Below, in pieces: positions 36,601 through 45,926 of a stretch of 64,000 nucleotides of DNA. The DNA is from an uncultured archaeon (GTDB taxonomy: Archaea; Thermoplasmatota; Penumbrarchaeia; JASLWR01): positions 1 through 64,000 of the forward strand of contig CAYFHS010000005.1 in assembly GCA_964342815.1 (NCBI GenBank). The letters are read 5' to 3'. The notes under the pieces are model-generated. The model was not told where the DNA came from. It saw nothing but the letters and a program-made list of their open reading frames with translations, and did no database searches. Both the position numbers and the translations under genes were made by a program. Position 1 is the first letter of the stretch. Every line of letters begins with the position of its first letter.

Positions 36601-37278
36601 CTTACCAAATATGAGGTATGTCTGGCCTGCTCGATCACCTCCATCGTCATTCCCGGTTGCTCCAATCAAAATATCGTCATATCCGTCCCCGTTGACGTCC
36701 CCCACACCAGCGATTGACCATCCGGAATAGTCGCCAGCATTCTCTCCCCAAAATGATGCATCTGAAACGGAGAGGTCGGTGTCCATAGCCCAGCCAGAAG
36801 CCTTACCAAATATGAGGTATGTCTGGCCTGCTTCGCTACCGCCATCTTCGTTCGAGTATGCACCAATCAGAATGTCATCGTATCCGTCGCCGTTGACATC
36901 CCCTGCACCTGCAACGGAGTATCCTGACTCGTCACCAGAAGTCTCACCCCAAAATGATGCGTCTGAAGCAGAGAGATCGGTATCCATGGCCCATCCTGAG
37001 GCCTTGCCTAAAATGAGGTATGTCTGGCCCGCCCAATAACCACCGTCCTCGTTACCGTTTGCTCCAATGAGAATATCATTGAATCCATCCCCATTGACAT
37101 CCCCCACAACAGCCACCGAGTATCCAGATTGGTCACCTTCCTTCTCTCCCCAGAATGATGCTTCAACATTTCCGAGATACTGATCCATTCCGTAATCCAG
37201 TGCCTCAGAAGGAATCGAGATGAGTAGCTTTGAAACTATCATCAGGAACATCATACAAAGAGCGTATCCAATTCTCAT
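33574..37278 (-). CDS. Integrin-alpha-like FG-GAP beta-propeller surface protein with cadherin-like (He_PIG) repeats, TSP3-like motif, TM and cytoplasmic Zn ribbon
   Basis: Start probably ATG 37278 (MRIGYALCMMFL; ORF track 37449). Seven GDVNGDG(Y/F)xDILIGA..AGQTYLI repeats; WLxxxxxxGxxxGxPTNxxVGxYxxNxxxxDG cadherin-like repeats; TM; CPTC..CYWCIKC. Confidence 0.88.
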   Translation of the reverse strand: MRIGYALCMMFLMIVSKLLISIPSEALDYGMDQYLGNVEASFWGEKEGDQSGYSVAVVGDVNGDGFNDILIGANGNEDGGYWAGQTYLILGKASGWAMDTDLSASDASFWGETSGDESGYSVAGAGDVNGDGYDDILIGAYSNEDGGSEAGQTYLIFGKASGWAMDTDLSVSDASFWGENAGDYSGWSIAGVGDVNGDGYDDILIGATGNDDGGDRAGQTYLIFGKASGWAMDTDLSVSDASFWGEDEGDWSGCSVADAGDVNGDGYDDILIGAPFNEDGGKEAGQTYLILGKASGWAMDTDLSASDASFWGEDVNDTSGGSVAGAGDVNGDGFDDILIGATGNDDGGDRAGQTYLILGKASGWTLDADLSASDASFWGEDRYDISGSSVAGAGDVNGDGYYDILIGAPADEVGGDAGQTYLILGKASNWTMDDDLSASDASFWGEEYGCWSGTSVAGAGDVNGDGYYDILIGADGDGDGGDYAGQTYLIFPDHNSRPTSITSIKAYSDDEYIHEITSTEPIDKIYLELHGIDGGAQKNIAQVWVKGNSNPNKRFILRLNETGENTGKFRGEITIATRTHERYHWIDVSLGGWVEISSRKDPTILINISNGPGIHIAPRPNNVYINEDENFLLHFNTTGVNPELWTFETNAPWLFWDEFNMNLFGTPTNIHVGAYWVNLQVEGNIYSDEIKFTIIVNNTPPAIFFPKKTYVYEDEELFLDINSTDEGEGIITWNLESDADWLNQNTTSGVLYGNPTNRDVGAYNINVSMDDGKGGIDFLNFFFDVLNTPPVITTQNIEEISQDEEYFNNYHSTDDGQGSISWSLTTNATWLSINSKTGLIYETPTNDEVGIYTVNISVSDGNDGWDYTEFPLHVLNVNDPPILYDGNATLSNGDTSTNLTFSVMYKDIDGDEPVVISAFIDNDLYDMIAEDPISFDLKKGVQYYLTLNMTEGVHQYYYSVSDGEYTVRFPENGYLTITTDSSEKDSDSDGYIDTYEIIMGSDPFNESSTPFDWDGDGWDNSVEIQVGKDPMDKLSVPRDLDEDGIPNSLDPDKDGDGVPNANDAFPYDGDQWEREKKVEEVDGWVWWIMGVEVVVLVFIVIMVVVLITRGKKGEDEVKSEGCAIDEPGIVEKKWDGGREEIHGGMIQQESTGVKAGSEIVNTRPVTRVSTLNSDQSKTDRASEEQVESLETPICPTCAKASQYYPEYDCYWCIKCQIYVYAETKPGTETDMTTF
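35800..37175 (-). repeat. Seven tandem FG-GAP repeats of about 201 bp
   Basis: gaggtatgtctgg recurs at about 36211, 36412, 36613, 36814 and 37015 (201-bp spacing), with variants near 36012 and 35811. Confidence 0.93.
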
Positions 37279-37740
37279 TGTGATTACCTTTTCAAAATTA
37301 TTTCTTGATTTACAATTAATATATGAATTGATAGTTATTATGATAATTAAATATATGTCCTTTATTTCCTCCTCTTTGGTCGCCATCGCTCCCTTGCCCC
37401 GTTGCACAATATGTATTCCTGGGGATGCATAAGGTCTGTCGATATGCAAATTATATGTTCAGCAATGTTTCCTGTTATAAACACTCTGCGGGACGGACTT
37501 TGAATTAGTAAGGGGGGGTGGATTTTGAGCTATTCTCTTTTGAGCACATATTTTACCATGACAATGTAATATTGGAAAGGGCAAAGATGACACCCTTTTT
37601 TTCGTCAGCAATCTTAGACCTTTAATTAATTTGTTTGTACAAATAAAAATTATCTAAGGATAACGTATTCTGATCTACAGTCCTGAGATAAGCAACAAGG
37701 GGTTAGAAATAAATACCTTCCAAGTAATATCATACATACC

Positions 37741-40700
37741 ATGAAACGCCCAATAAAATACCTTCATAATCTTCATTTTCATTTCTCAATTTTCTGCATT
37801 ATATCAATTATTTTTCTATCCATCTTAATGCCGACTATGGAAGGCGAGCCGCCATTCCTTACATTATCCGACAAACATTCTCCTGGTACTTCAGTGAGGG
37901 ATCCCGTCACCCAATACGGTTATTTCGATTATAATTCCATGGTGGATATGCTTAATGGGTTCGAGACGGATTACCCCGATCTCGTGGACCTGTCCACAGC
38001 ACAGGATGTCTACTCGATTCCCGATTGCGTGGATGGTTACAAAACATATATGCTGAGGATATCTAACGAAACTAGGGTTTCCTCTTCGACTCCGGAGGTT
38101 CTCTTTCTCGGTGGTATTCATGGTGACGAGAAGATATCCGTTTCAGCTGCCATGTACCTGGCCAAATTCCTGCTGGAGAACTATCATAATGATGAATATT
38201 TGCGCTATTTGGTGGATAACCGTGAGATCTATATCATGCCTTGTCTCAATCCCTATGGCCTGGAGAACGGGCAGCGTCTGGACGGGGACGGAGAAGACGT
38301 GAACCGGGATTTCTCCTTTGATCAACCCGGACTCGCATTCACAAGTGTTGGTGCCCTGGCAGTCCACGAACTTATGCGCGATCACCTTTTCATCTCCGCG
38401 GTAAACTGGCACTCAGGAACAGAAGCAATTGGGTACGCGTGGGGGTGTGAGGCCCACGATACAGCAACCGACGAATCTCCGGATGATTCGGCCTTTTACA
38501 GTCAAGCCCAGGGCATGCGCAGCTATGCCGGGGATTACCGGGGCCTTTATCCCGTAGGCCGGAATAACCAGGTCATCTATTATGCGAGGGGTGCATTTTC
38601 CGATTATGCCTATGCAGCTTCGTGGGAGGCTGAGAACAGCGATGAGGATTGGCCGACCGGAGGATGCAGGGCCCTTGGTTATACCGTGGAGATATCCGAT
38701 TCGAATGAACCGGAACTTGATGAATTGGGTACCGATGAATTTATCTATTACCCTGGTGGAGACGGGGACGGATACATCCCGAAGAACATTCGCCTTGCAC
38801 TGTACCAGATCGATACGGCGTCCCCCTACGTGAGGGAGCCGGCAGACTACGAGCCTCCAGAATTCGCCGATCCCAACGGCCGCACAATTGTGAAATGGGT
38901 TGTGGGAGGGTGCGAGAAGGTCGACTCAGCTGAAATAATTGCATCTAGCGTTCCCGATGTAAAAAACAATACGCTTTGGCGTTCATCCCTCCTTCCCGCT
39001 AACAGCAGTTGGGAGAATTTAGCCGCAGGGGGAAATCCGTTAACCATGAAGGATTTCCAGCATGAACTGCCAATACCCATGGAGGCCGGAACCTATTATT
39101 ATCAGATAAAGGTGATTGTGGACGGCCATCTGACCGAGCAGGGGACTCCATCTCCGCTTGTATCTCCACAGAGCCTATATGCGAAATTGAGAACAATGGA
39201 TAACGAGATCATAAGAAACGGCGATCAGGTCCTGTACTGCAGCAGTACTTATGAAAGTAAGATATACAAGGTGGTGGTGAACAGTTCTGTCCTTCTTGAT
39301 CCGTTACCCCTTTCCCTTGGGGCCGGAGAATCGCTCGGGCTTGAATGGCGGACCAGCGTAACGGGCGGTGTGAACCGGAGTTACATCGCATGGGGTGAGC
39401 GGGATCCCCGCATTTCGCCGGATTATATGGTGAACGGCACATTGATAGACGAAGACCGCTACGGTATAGACATAATTTTGCCGGATCGATGGGGCAATTT
39501 CCTTTTCGTGGCGGTAGCAATTGATCAATTGGGGAAGGTTTTCTTTTCCCAGCTCGCCGCAGTCAGCACTTGGCCTTCAGTACAGATTACCTCTCTGCCC
39601 CATGAGACCCTGAGGGATAGTTACATCAATATCAGCTGGAGCGTACAGCATGCGGAAACGGTGGACTCATCATATGTTTTTGCCGCCTTTTCCGGGGATT
39701 TGTGGAACAATTCACTGGTAAGTGCCGGACCTTTTTCAGGGGATGAAACCAGTTTTACAGGGAGGATAAGAGCTCCGGACACAACGGGGCTGCTTCGCTT
39801 GGGAGTCAGAGCCCAGGTGGATTCGCAGCCTACACATTTCTATTCGAGTGTGGAAACCATCCGAATTCTCGAACACTTTTCCATAAGCGGTACCATCCTG
39901 GACTATACCGGTGGATTCACCCAGATTCTGGATGTCACAAACGTCACCGTATCCCAATCGGAACCGGGGGCCCCGTCTCTTGGACCGGATGGGCTTTCTT
40001 TGTATGCTTTCACAGTAACGGATTCATTGGGTAAAGACACCAACCTTTCCGGAAACCTGTCCTTTGATCCAATCTCATCGGTATGGGGAGCATCCGGAAT
40101 TAACGTTTCAAATCTCTCCGAGGGAAGCCATTATGTCCGGATGGGTTTCCGTTATGACAGTATTGACATATCGAGTCAGTTGTCTGGGAGTTCACTTTTT
40201 TACGTGGACCACACGATATCTGTTTCCAGTCTCAATTTTACATTCAGCAACAAGCTCACCTTAATAATTCAGAACCTGACGATCATTTCCTCGAAACCAA
40301 ACCGTTCTCCCCTGCCGGGGGAATCCTTGGTGAACAGCACCCTGGAACTGTTTTATGATAACAATGGGACCCCCTTGTTGAACGTAAGAGATATGATAAT
40401 TTTCGATCCGCTCTCCCGGGAATGGTCTTCCCTGCCAATGGACCTTGGTGGGGCTATGCCCGGCAAATACCGCTTTATTTTATCCTTGGAAACCGTATTC
40501 GCAAACATATCCGTTTCCCAAGAACGATTCACCTTCGTGATTCCGGAGCTTGTGGGTGTAACGACCCTGTCCATCACAAATTTATCCTATACCGAGGGTC
40601 CGATCCCAGTTCTGGAACTGGGCGGTATTGTTGTCAAATTACCAGATAGGTTGAATGGTGGACCTTATTTCGATTATTTTCGTAACACCCGGGTCGATTT

Positions 40701-41460
40701 CAAGATATCATCCACGGAGTACCACGAAACCAGAGCTTTCTATCCAGTTTTTTCGGGTGGTCCGGATGATTTTGATTTCAACCTGTCCGGTTTCCCCTCC
40801 GGAACCTACGGTCTCAGTGGATATTTTTCAACGAAGGTGGTATTTCCTCTGGGTGGTTCGCTGGTCCTGGGTGCAGACTACATCTATCCTTTACCGATAA
40901 TAGTGGAGCATCGATACTGGTTCGGAGATTCTGTGAATGTGACGGTAAGGCAGGACCGGTCTGCCCAAGTAATATCGAGCATGGACATGAGAGAGATCGA
41001 ATTGTTCTCGACATGGGATCATGATTTCGAAAAAAATATCATGCTGCGGGCCATGGTTATGAGGGGTACAATGGAGCTCTTCAATATCTCAGTTTTCTTC
41101 CATGAGCAATCCGGTTACTGGGAGATATTAAATGTCGATATTTCAACACTGGAGCCAGGCGATTATTATGTCCGGCTCGAAGGGAAGATTGATAACCTTA
41201 CTTTTACCAGCGGGAAGGTATTTGAGAACAGATCCAGGTTCAGGGTTGGTTCGGGCAGTACTGACGATATACGGACCGGTTCAGGAATCGCTGTATGGGT
41301 TTGTGTTGTCCTTGTTTTGCTAATACTACTTGCAGCAGCGGTCCTGTTCTTCATTCGGAACAGAAAACGGAGGAAACAAGAGAACTCTGAAGTACCGGTG
41401 ATCGAAAGGGATGACGAACAAATACGCGATTCGGAAATGTCTGACTTCAAGGAAAACTGA
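37741..41460 (+). CDS. Membrane-anchored M14 zinc carboxypeptidase
   Basis: GGIHGDE (HxxE), DVNRDF, NWHSG, YTVE catalytic Glu; N-terminal signal; C-terminal TM IAVWVCVVLVLLILLAAAVLFFI followed by RNRKRRK. Confidence 0.9.
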   Translation: MKRPIKYLHNLHFHFSIFCIISIIFLSILMPTMEGEPPFLTLSDKHSPGTSVRDPVTQYGYFDYNSMVDMLNGFETDYPDLVDLSTAQDVYSIPDCVDGYKTYMLRISNETRVSSSTPEVLFLGGIHGDEKISVSAAMYLAKFLLENYHNDEYLRYLVDNREIYIMPCLNPYGLENGQRLDGDGEDVNRDFSFDQPGLAFTSVGALAVHELMRDHLFISAVNWHSGTEAIGYAWGCEAHDTATDESPDDSAFYSQAQGMRSYAGDYRGLYPVGRNNQVIYYARGAFSDYAYAASWEAENSDEDWPTGGCRALGYTVEISDSNEPELDELGTDEFIYYPGGDGDGYIPKNIRLALYQIDTASPYVREPADYEPPEFADPNGRTIVKWVVGGCEKVDSAEIIASSVPDVKNNTLWRSSLLPANSSWENLAAGGNPLTMKDFQHELPIPMEAGTYYYQIKVIVDGHLTEQGTPSPLVSPQSLYAKLRTMDNEIIRNGDQVLYCSSTYESKIYKVVVNSSVLLDPLPLSLGAGESLGLEWRTSVTGGVNRSYIAWGERDPRISPDYMVNGTLIDEDRYGIDIILPDRWGNFLFVAVAIDQLGKVFFSQLAAVSTWPSVQITSLPHETLRDSYINISWSVQHAETVDSSYVFAAFSGDLWNNSLVSAGPFSGDETSFTGRIRAPDTTGLLRLGVRAQVDSQPTHFYSSVETIRILEHFSISGTILDYTGGFTQILDVTNVTVSQSEPGAPSLGPDGLSLYAFTVTDSLGKDTNLSGNLSFDPISSVWGASGINVSNLSEGSHYVRMGFRYDSIDISSQLSGSSLFYVDHTISVSSLNFTFSNKLTLIIQNLTIISSKPNRSPLPGESLVNSTLELFYDNNGTPLLNVRDMIIFDPLSREWSSLPMDLGGAMPGKYRFILSLETVFANISVSQERFTFVIPELVGVTTLSITNLSYTEGPIPVLELGGIVVKLPDRLNGGPYFDYFRNTRVDFKISSTEYHETRAFYPVFSGGPDDFDFNLSGFPSGTYGLSGYFSTKVVFPLGGSLVLGADYIYPLPIIVEHRYWFGDSVNVTVRQDRSAQVISSMDMREIELFSTWDHDFEKNIMLRAMVMRGTMELFNISVFFHEQSGYWEILNVDISTLEPGDYYVRLEGKIDNLTFTSGKVFENRSRFRVGSGSTDDIRTGSGIAVWVCVVLVLLILLAAAVLFFIRNRKRRKQENSEVPVIERDDEQIRDSEMSDFKEN

Positions 41461-41464
41461 AAAT

Positions 41465-42736
41465 TCACATCTTCGGGAGATAACACTCGAGGAAACTGAA
41501 AAGGGATTGAGTGATATCGCTTTTGGACTGCTCGTCAAGTTCCTCATAATCCTTTAATATCTGGAAGATGGGGGTGCCAAGGGTCTTGATAATAACAAGT
41601 GTATCCCGCATGGGATTCACATTGCTGAGCGCATGGCTCTCGTTTCCCATTACCTTGTAATCGTTTATGGCTTCCTTCATAAGCACAAGGTTCATCTGTC
41701 GGGTTCCAAGGTGAAGATATGCTTTCTTCTTGATCCGCACGACGGGGTGAAGGAATTCCCTCTGGTCAGTGAACCTGAAGGGACTTTGTTCCATGGAAAG
41801 CATTTTTGAGAGGTTGTCAAGCGTATGAAGAAAAGCTTCTTCATGACTGGTATAATTTCCTTTAAGGAACAATTCTTTGGAGTCGGTGACCTTGATCCTC
41901 CCCTCTTCATCGGGTTGGTACGGAATTTCCTGTGGGGGTGCGCCCCATTGGCCGTGTCCGTCGTCCGGATATGCTGATCCGGGCGGGGGCCCAAACTGTT
42001 GGCGGGGATCATAACCTGGCATCGGCTGCTGCCCATAAGGGAGTGCCCCCTGCGGATAAGGATTGTATCCCGTCATCCGGGGATCGTGAGCGGCTTCAGG
42101 CCGTTGCATCCTGGGGTCATAACCTTGTCCCGGTGGCTGGGCAAATTGGTTCTGTTGTTGTCCCTGCTGAGGTGCTGGTCCTGGCTGGAACCGCGGATCG
42201 TAAGCCTGCCCCATAGGATTCGAAGGAGGAGTTCCCTGCATCTGCCTCTGTGCAGTTTGACCATATGGGTCGTGGGCGGGAGGTGTTCCGAACTGTTGGG
42301 GATTCTCTTGAAACATTTCCTGCGGCGCGCAATCTCTAGCCGGGGCTTGGTCCAAGGGGGCATATTTCTGTTCGACGACAACGGGAGGTGGAGAATATTG
42401 TACCGCTTGGGGTGGGGTTTGTGCGGGAACCGGCTGAAGAGGTTGTTTTGCTGGGTCCATTTTAAATACGTAAAATACCAGATCGTTATAAATATTTGAA
42501 GAAAAGGAGGGATCATCCACCTCCACAAGCATTTCGGCGCCGAGTTTCAGTGAGTATGCCTTCGCTGCCCTTCTTATCCTATCGGTATCCCAGTTCTTGT
42601 CGAACTCGAAGGGAGGTTCAAGTTCGAACCAACCCTGCTGGGCAAGTATCTGAAAGAAGGAATCCTTCTCATGGCGGTTGACAAGCCTGAACTCGAATTT
42701 TTTATCGTCCTTCTTCTTTTTTCCAAACAGACCCAT
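41465..42736 (-). CDS. Hypothetical protein with two globular ends and a central Pro/Gln/Gly/Tyr-rich low-complexity region
   Basis: Start probably ATG 42736 (GGTGA 7 nt upstream; MGLFGKKKK). About 190-aa PQG-rich centre with repeated (Y/H)DPR. Confidence 0.8.
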   Translation of the reverse strand: MGLFGKKKKDDKKFEFRLVNRHEKDSFFQILAQQGWFELEPPFEFDKNWDTDRIRRAAKAYSLKLGAEMLVEVDDPSFSSNIYNDLVFYVFKMDPAKQPLQPVPAQTPPQAVQYSPPPVVVEQKYAPLDQAPARDCAPQEMFQENPQQFGTPPAHDPYGQTAQRQMQGTPPSNPMGQAYDPRFQPGPAPQQGQQQNQFAQPPGQGYDPRMQRPEAAHDPRMTGYNPYPQGALPYGQQPMPGYDPRQQFGPPPGSAYPDDGHGQWGAPPQEIPYQPDEEGRIKVTDSKELFLKGNYTSHEEAFLHTLDNLSKMLSMEQSPFRFTDQREFLHPVVRIKKKAYLHLGTRQMNLVLMKEAINDYKVMGNESHALSNVNPMRDTLVIIKTLGTPIFQILKDYEELDEQSKSDITQSLFSFLECYLPKM

Positions 42737-42957
42737 TTTCAATCACCGAATCATGAAATACCCGCAACAAATGCGGGTGTGACTGGGGAATAGCGCAAGT
42801 TGAGAAACGAAATCCTCCACAAGAGCACATGTTCAATTCAACTATCCCATTTATTCATCCCTGACGTGCGATTGTAACGATGAAATAGTATTTAACCTTT
42901 TTATTTAATATTTCCAAGGATTTCTTAAAGATTTCCCTGGAATCCTCCTCCTGTACC

Positions 42958-45564
42958 CTAATATATCACCTTGTCGGCTTCCCTTTCGAGAAGCTTCAGT
43001 TCTTGCTCTTGGAAGGTAGCTGGACTAAGGGGAATGAGAAGGGTTCCCTTGGCCATGGAGACCATATCTCCCGATGCCTGTAAGAGTTTTAGAATGGAAC
43101 TGAAAGTATTGTGCGTGATCAAGTATTCCACTCCATCCAGTAGTATAATTTTTTTAACTCCATTTTCTTTAAGATGTTTTCTGAAAGCAAAACGCAGTTT
43201 CTCGGTATCCGTGGGTCTCAGAGCGTGTTCCTCGGGCACGTTAGTGAGCCATAGATACGGTACGTTCCTGAGATCGTATTTCTGAATGATCTTGTTGGGA
43301 TATTCTCTGGTAATGTACATTCCGCTGTAACCACGATTGATCATCTGCTTAAAGATGTTGAAGGCTCTTGCTGGTGTGGATTCTTCAAAGAGATATATAT
43401 ATCCCTTACCTGCCTCTACGGTCATGGTATCTTTTTCAACATCCACTTTTTTGGGTTTTTTCTTCATCTCCTTCTTTTTCTCAGGATAGGACTCGAAATA
43501 GTCCGAGTAATAATCGCTGTATTTGTCATAGAGCATGAAATCCGTAGTAAGGCCCGCCGGATGGTATTCCGGGGCTTCCTTGTCTTCGGGCATCCAAACT
43601 GGAATTGCGATCTCGTCCTTATCTGACCAGTAGGGGGCGGGAACTTTAAGGATATTCGAGGGTTCCTTGATACGGTAACGCCCGTTCCTTCCGATCTTGA
43701 GAACGCTCTCGTCCACCGGTGGCGGTATTTTTTCTTCTTCCCATTTTACCCGGAGATCCATTTCATCCATGAACATGTAATTCAACAAAGCAAGGTTCAC
43801 CTCATTATGTGAATAGAGGGTCAATATGAGAAGGAAAATCCCCTTCTCAGTTGGGGATGGTTTGACTATGGCCTCAAGACCGTATTCGTAAGATGTACTC
43901 TTCGAAGTGAAGCGAAGTATGATTGATTGTTTATCACGACTCATTTCCAATGCCTTGAATCCTCTATCTTTAGATATTTCCTGGATTATTGGTATGAGGT
44001 GCTGTGGAAGAAGTGATGAAAATCTCTCTGAAACCAGTTTGGATTTTTTCTGGATGAATTTGTCCCAAGTGGTATCGCGTATATTCAGGGGCGACATCTT
44101 GGGCCATACGTTGCTTAAAGTGAATTTCTTCAGGTACAATTCCTTTTTTTCACCATTGGTGAAATAACTCATTTGACACTGTCCCGAAGACCGCCCCTCC
44201 TGTGAAGTAGGTATGAATCGTATTGCATAGGTTTTGGCAGTATTTTCCTTCAATATCTGCTGCTTGATGGGGCTTTTCCTGATGTTGAATATGGGTTCGT
44301 CCAACTCGGTCTCGATAACAAGGTCCTGAATGGGTGAGTCGGTGGCGTTTTCTACCTGGACAAGGAGAATTGCAACACCCTTTCTGGACGTCAGGTTTGA
44401 TTTTACTACAATTTTTTTCTCCACCGCGAAGGGTTGAAAATCCTTGATTTTCTCCGTTTTCTTCGACTTGGGAGTCTCTTCCATCCATTCGTCCTCGACC
44501 TGTTCGCTCACTTTTGCCAGTCCTACATCCTTTTGGGACTCGAATATTTTTTCCAGTGTGTCGATGAGCGTGAAACGAACGTCGCACTCCTTTTCTTCGT
44601 CCTCGACCAATACATCTTTCTCATTCAACGTACGAAATCCCTTCTCGGCCGTATCTATGTTCTGGTGTCTTCCGGCGGTATTTTTCGTCCAGAGAAGCTT
44701 TCCGTTCCGATCGAACATGAATAGATTGAACTTATCGGTCCCCACCAGAAGATATTCGCCCCAGTCATCAGAACAGATTGTAAGTATCCTCTCATTGATA
44801 TTTACGGCCCATTCGAAAGCGGAATTTGCATTTATACTAAGCACGGTCATGTTGTGGAGCGCAACTTTCACCCCCCTTCCGTGGTAGGTGAACTGCTTTA
44901 TCCCACCCAAAAACATAAGATCATAGTAACTTTCGTCTTCAGGATCGAAGATATGCAGTACTCCCTTCTTTCCCCCACAGGAATCCACGAATCCCGTAAA
45001 TCCTTTACTTATACTAATTTTATCGATCTTACCATTTAGGTCGATCTTTCCCTTCTTTACGAGTTTCCGGCCGACGGTGTCTATAATATAGACGTACCCT
45101 CTCTTCGTAACGGAGATTATCATGTGCTTATGAAAGAAAGCAAATACGGGATTCTTCCAAGCTTCCAGGCGCTGGGATGAAAGTTTGTTACCCTTACCGT
45201 CGTATAGGAGGATCTGGGAATCGGAAGTACCGGCCACACACATATCGGAAAATCTATTTACCGATAGAGATGAAATGCTGACATCCACCGTCTTGCTCCA
45301 AAGAAGCTTTCCCTCCATATTCAGGCACCCGATGGAATCGGCCCTCCTTTTTCCAATGCTGTAAACATATATTTTATTATACGCAGGTGAGACCGCTATC
45401 AGCCGAACCTGATCCTTTGTAGTCACTTCCCAGAGCACATCCCCAACTTTGTTTAAACACATCAAGCTCGGGTCGGGATAGCCAAGAGCCACATACGCTC
45501 TATTGAGTTCGCTATCGTATTTCACATACCATATTGCCCGGGGAGAAGTATTCGTCATGACCAC
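42958..45564 (-). CDS. Cytoplasmic beta-propeller (PQQ/WD40-like) protein with central beta-sandwich/platform-like region and C-terminal DUF835
   Basis: Propeller repeats (GKLLWSKT, GEYLLVGTDKFNLFMFDRNGKLLW); no signal peptide; DUF835 motifs GMYITREYP, LWLT, LLDGVEYLITHN, LEREAD. Confidence 0.82.
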   Translation of the reverse strand: MVMTNTSPRAIWYVKYDSELNRAYVALGYPDPSLMCLNKVGDVLWEVTTKDQVRLIAVSPAYNKIYVYSIGKRRADSIGCLNMEGKLLWSKTVDVSISSLSVNRFSDMCVAGTSDSQILLYDGKGNKLSSQRLEAWKNPVFAFFHKHMIISVTKRGYVYIIDTVGRKLVKKGKIDLNGKIDKISISKGFTGFVDSCGGKKGVLHIFDPEDESYYDLMFLGGIKQFTYHGRGVKVALHNMTVLSINANSAFEWAVNINERILTICSDDWGEYLLVGTDKFNLFMFDRNGKLLWTKNTAGRHQNIDTAEKGFRTLNEKDVLVEDEEKECDVRFTLIDTLEKIFESQKDVGLAKVSEQVEDEWMEETPKSKKTEKIKDFQPFAVEKKIVVKSNLTSRKGVAILLVQVENATDSPIQDLVIETELDEPIFNIRKSPIKQQILKENTAKTYAIRFIPTSQEGRSSGQCQMSYFTNGEKKELYLKKFTLSNVWPKMSPLNIRDTTWDKFIQKKSKLVSERFSSLLPQHLIPIIQEISKDRGFKALEMSRDKQSIILRFTSKSTSYEYGLEAIVKPSPTEKGIFLLILTLYSHNEVNLALLNYMFMDEMDLRVKWEEEKIPPPVDESVLKIGRNGRYRIKEPSNILKVPAPYWSDKDEIAIPVWMPEDKEAPEYHPAGLTTDFMLYDKYSDYYSDYFESYPEKKKEMKKKPKKVDVEKDTMTVEAGKGYIYLFEESTPARAFNIFKQMINRGYSGMYITREYPNKIIQKYDLRNVPYLWLTNVPEEHALRPTDTEKLRFAFRKHLKENGVKKIILLDGVEYLITHNTFSSILKLLQASGDMVSMAKGTLLIPLSPATFQEQELKLLEREADKVIY

Positions 45565-45912
45565 ACCATTACAATAATAATAAAGTTGAAAATGTCCATG
45601 GAATGAAATATTTTATATTTTTTTGTTCTTTTTTATCATTTTCAGCCAGTGATTCGGCTCAATTGTAATCGTCTTAACATATTTGAGATTTTTGCCATCC
45701 TTTTTCCCAATATATATAGATATATTAAAAATTTGTGTTAATGGGATATTTGGGGGGAAGGATACTATTATCAATCTGACTGGGCAATCCATGGTATCCC
45801 TGGGTAATTTTGTATATCATTCAAGCAAGAGTAATATATAAAAGGAGGAAATGATGTTAGGGATTATTCATTACACCGGTTTGTAAACGGAGCAGTATAA
45901 TTATAATGATAC

Positions 45913-45918
45913 GGGAGG
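45913..45918 (+). promoter_or_regulatory. Shine-Dalgarno site for the first aldolase-Fae gene
   Basis: GGGAGG ending 8 nt before ATG 45927. Confidence 0.7.
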
Positions 45919-45926
45919 AAATCCTT

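Noticed and set aside
37340-37410. Possible second FG-GAP relic upstream of the gene (GSDGDQRGGNKGHIF in one frame)
   Set aside because: Similarity too weak to distinguish from chance.
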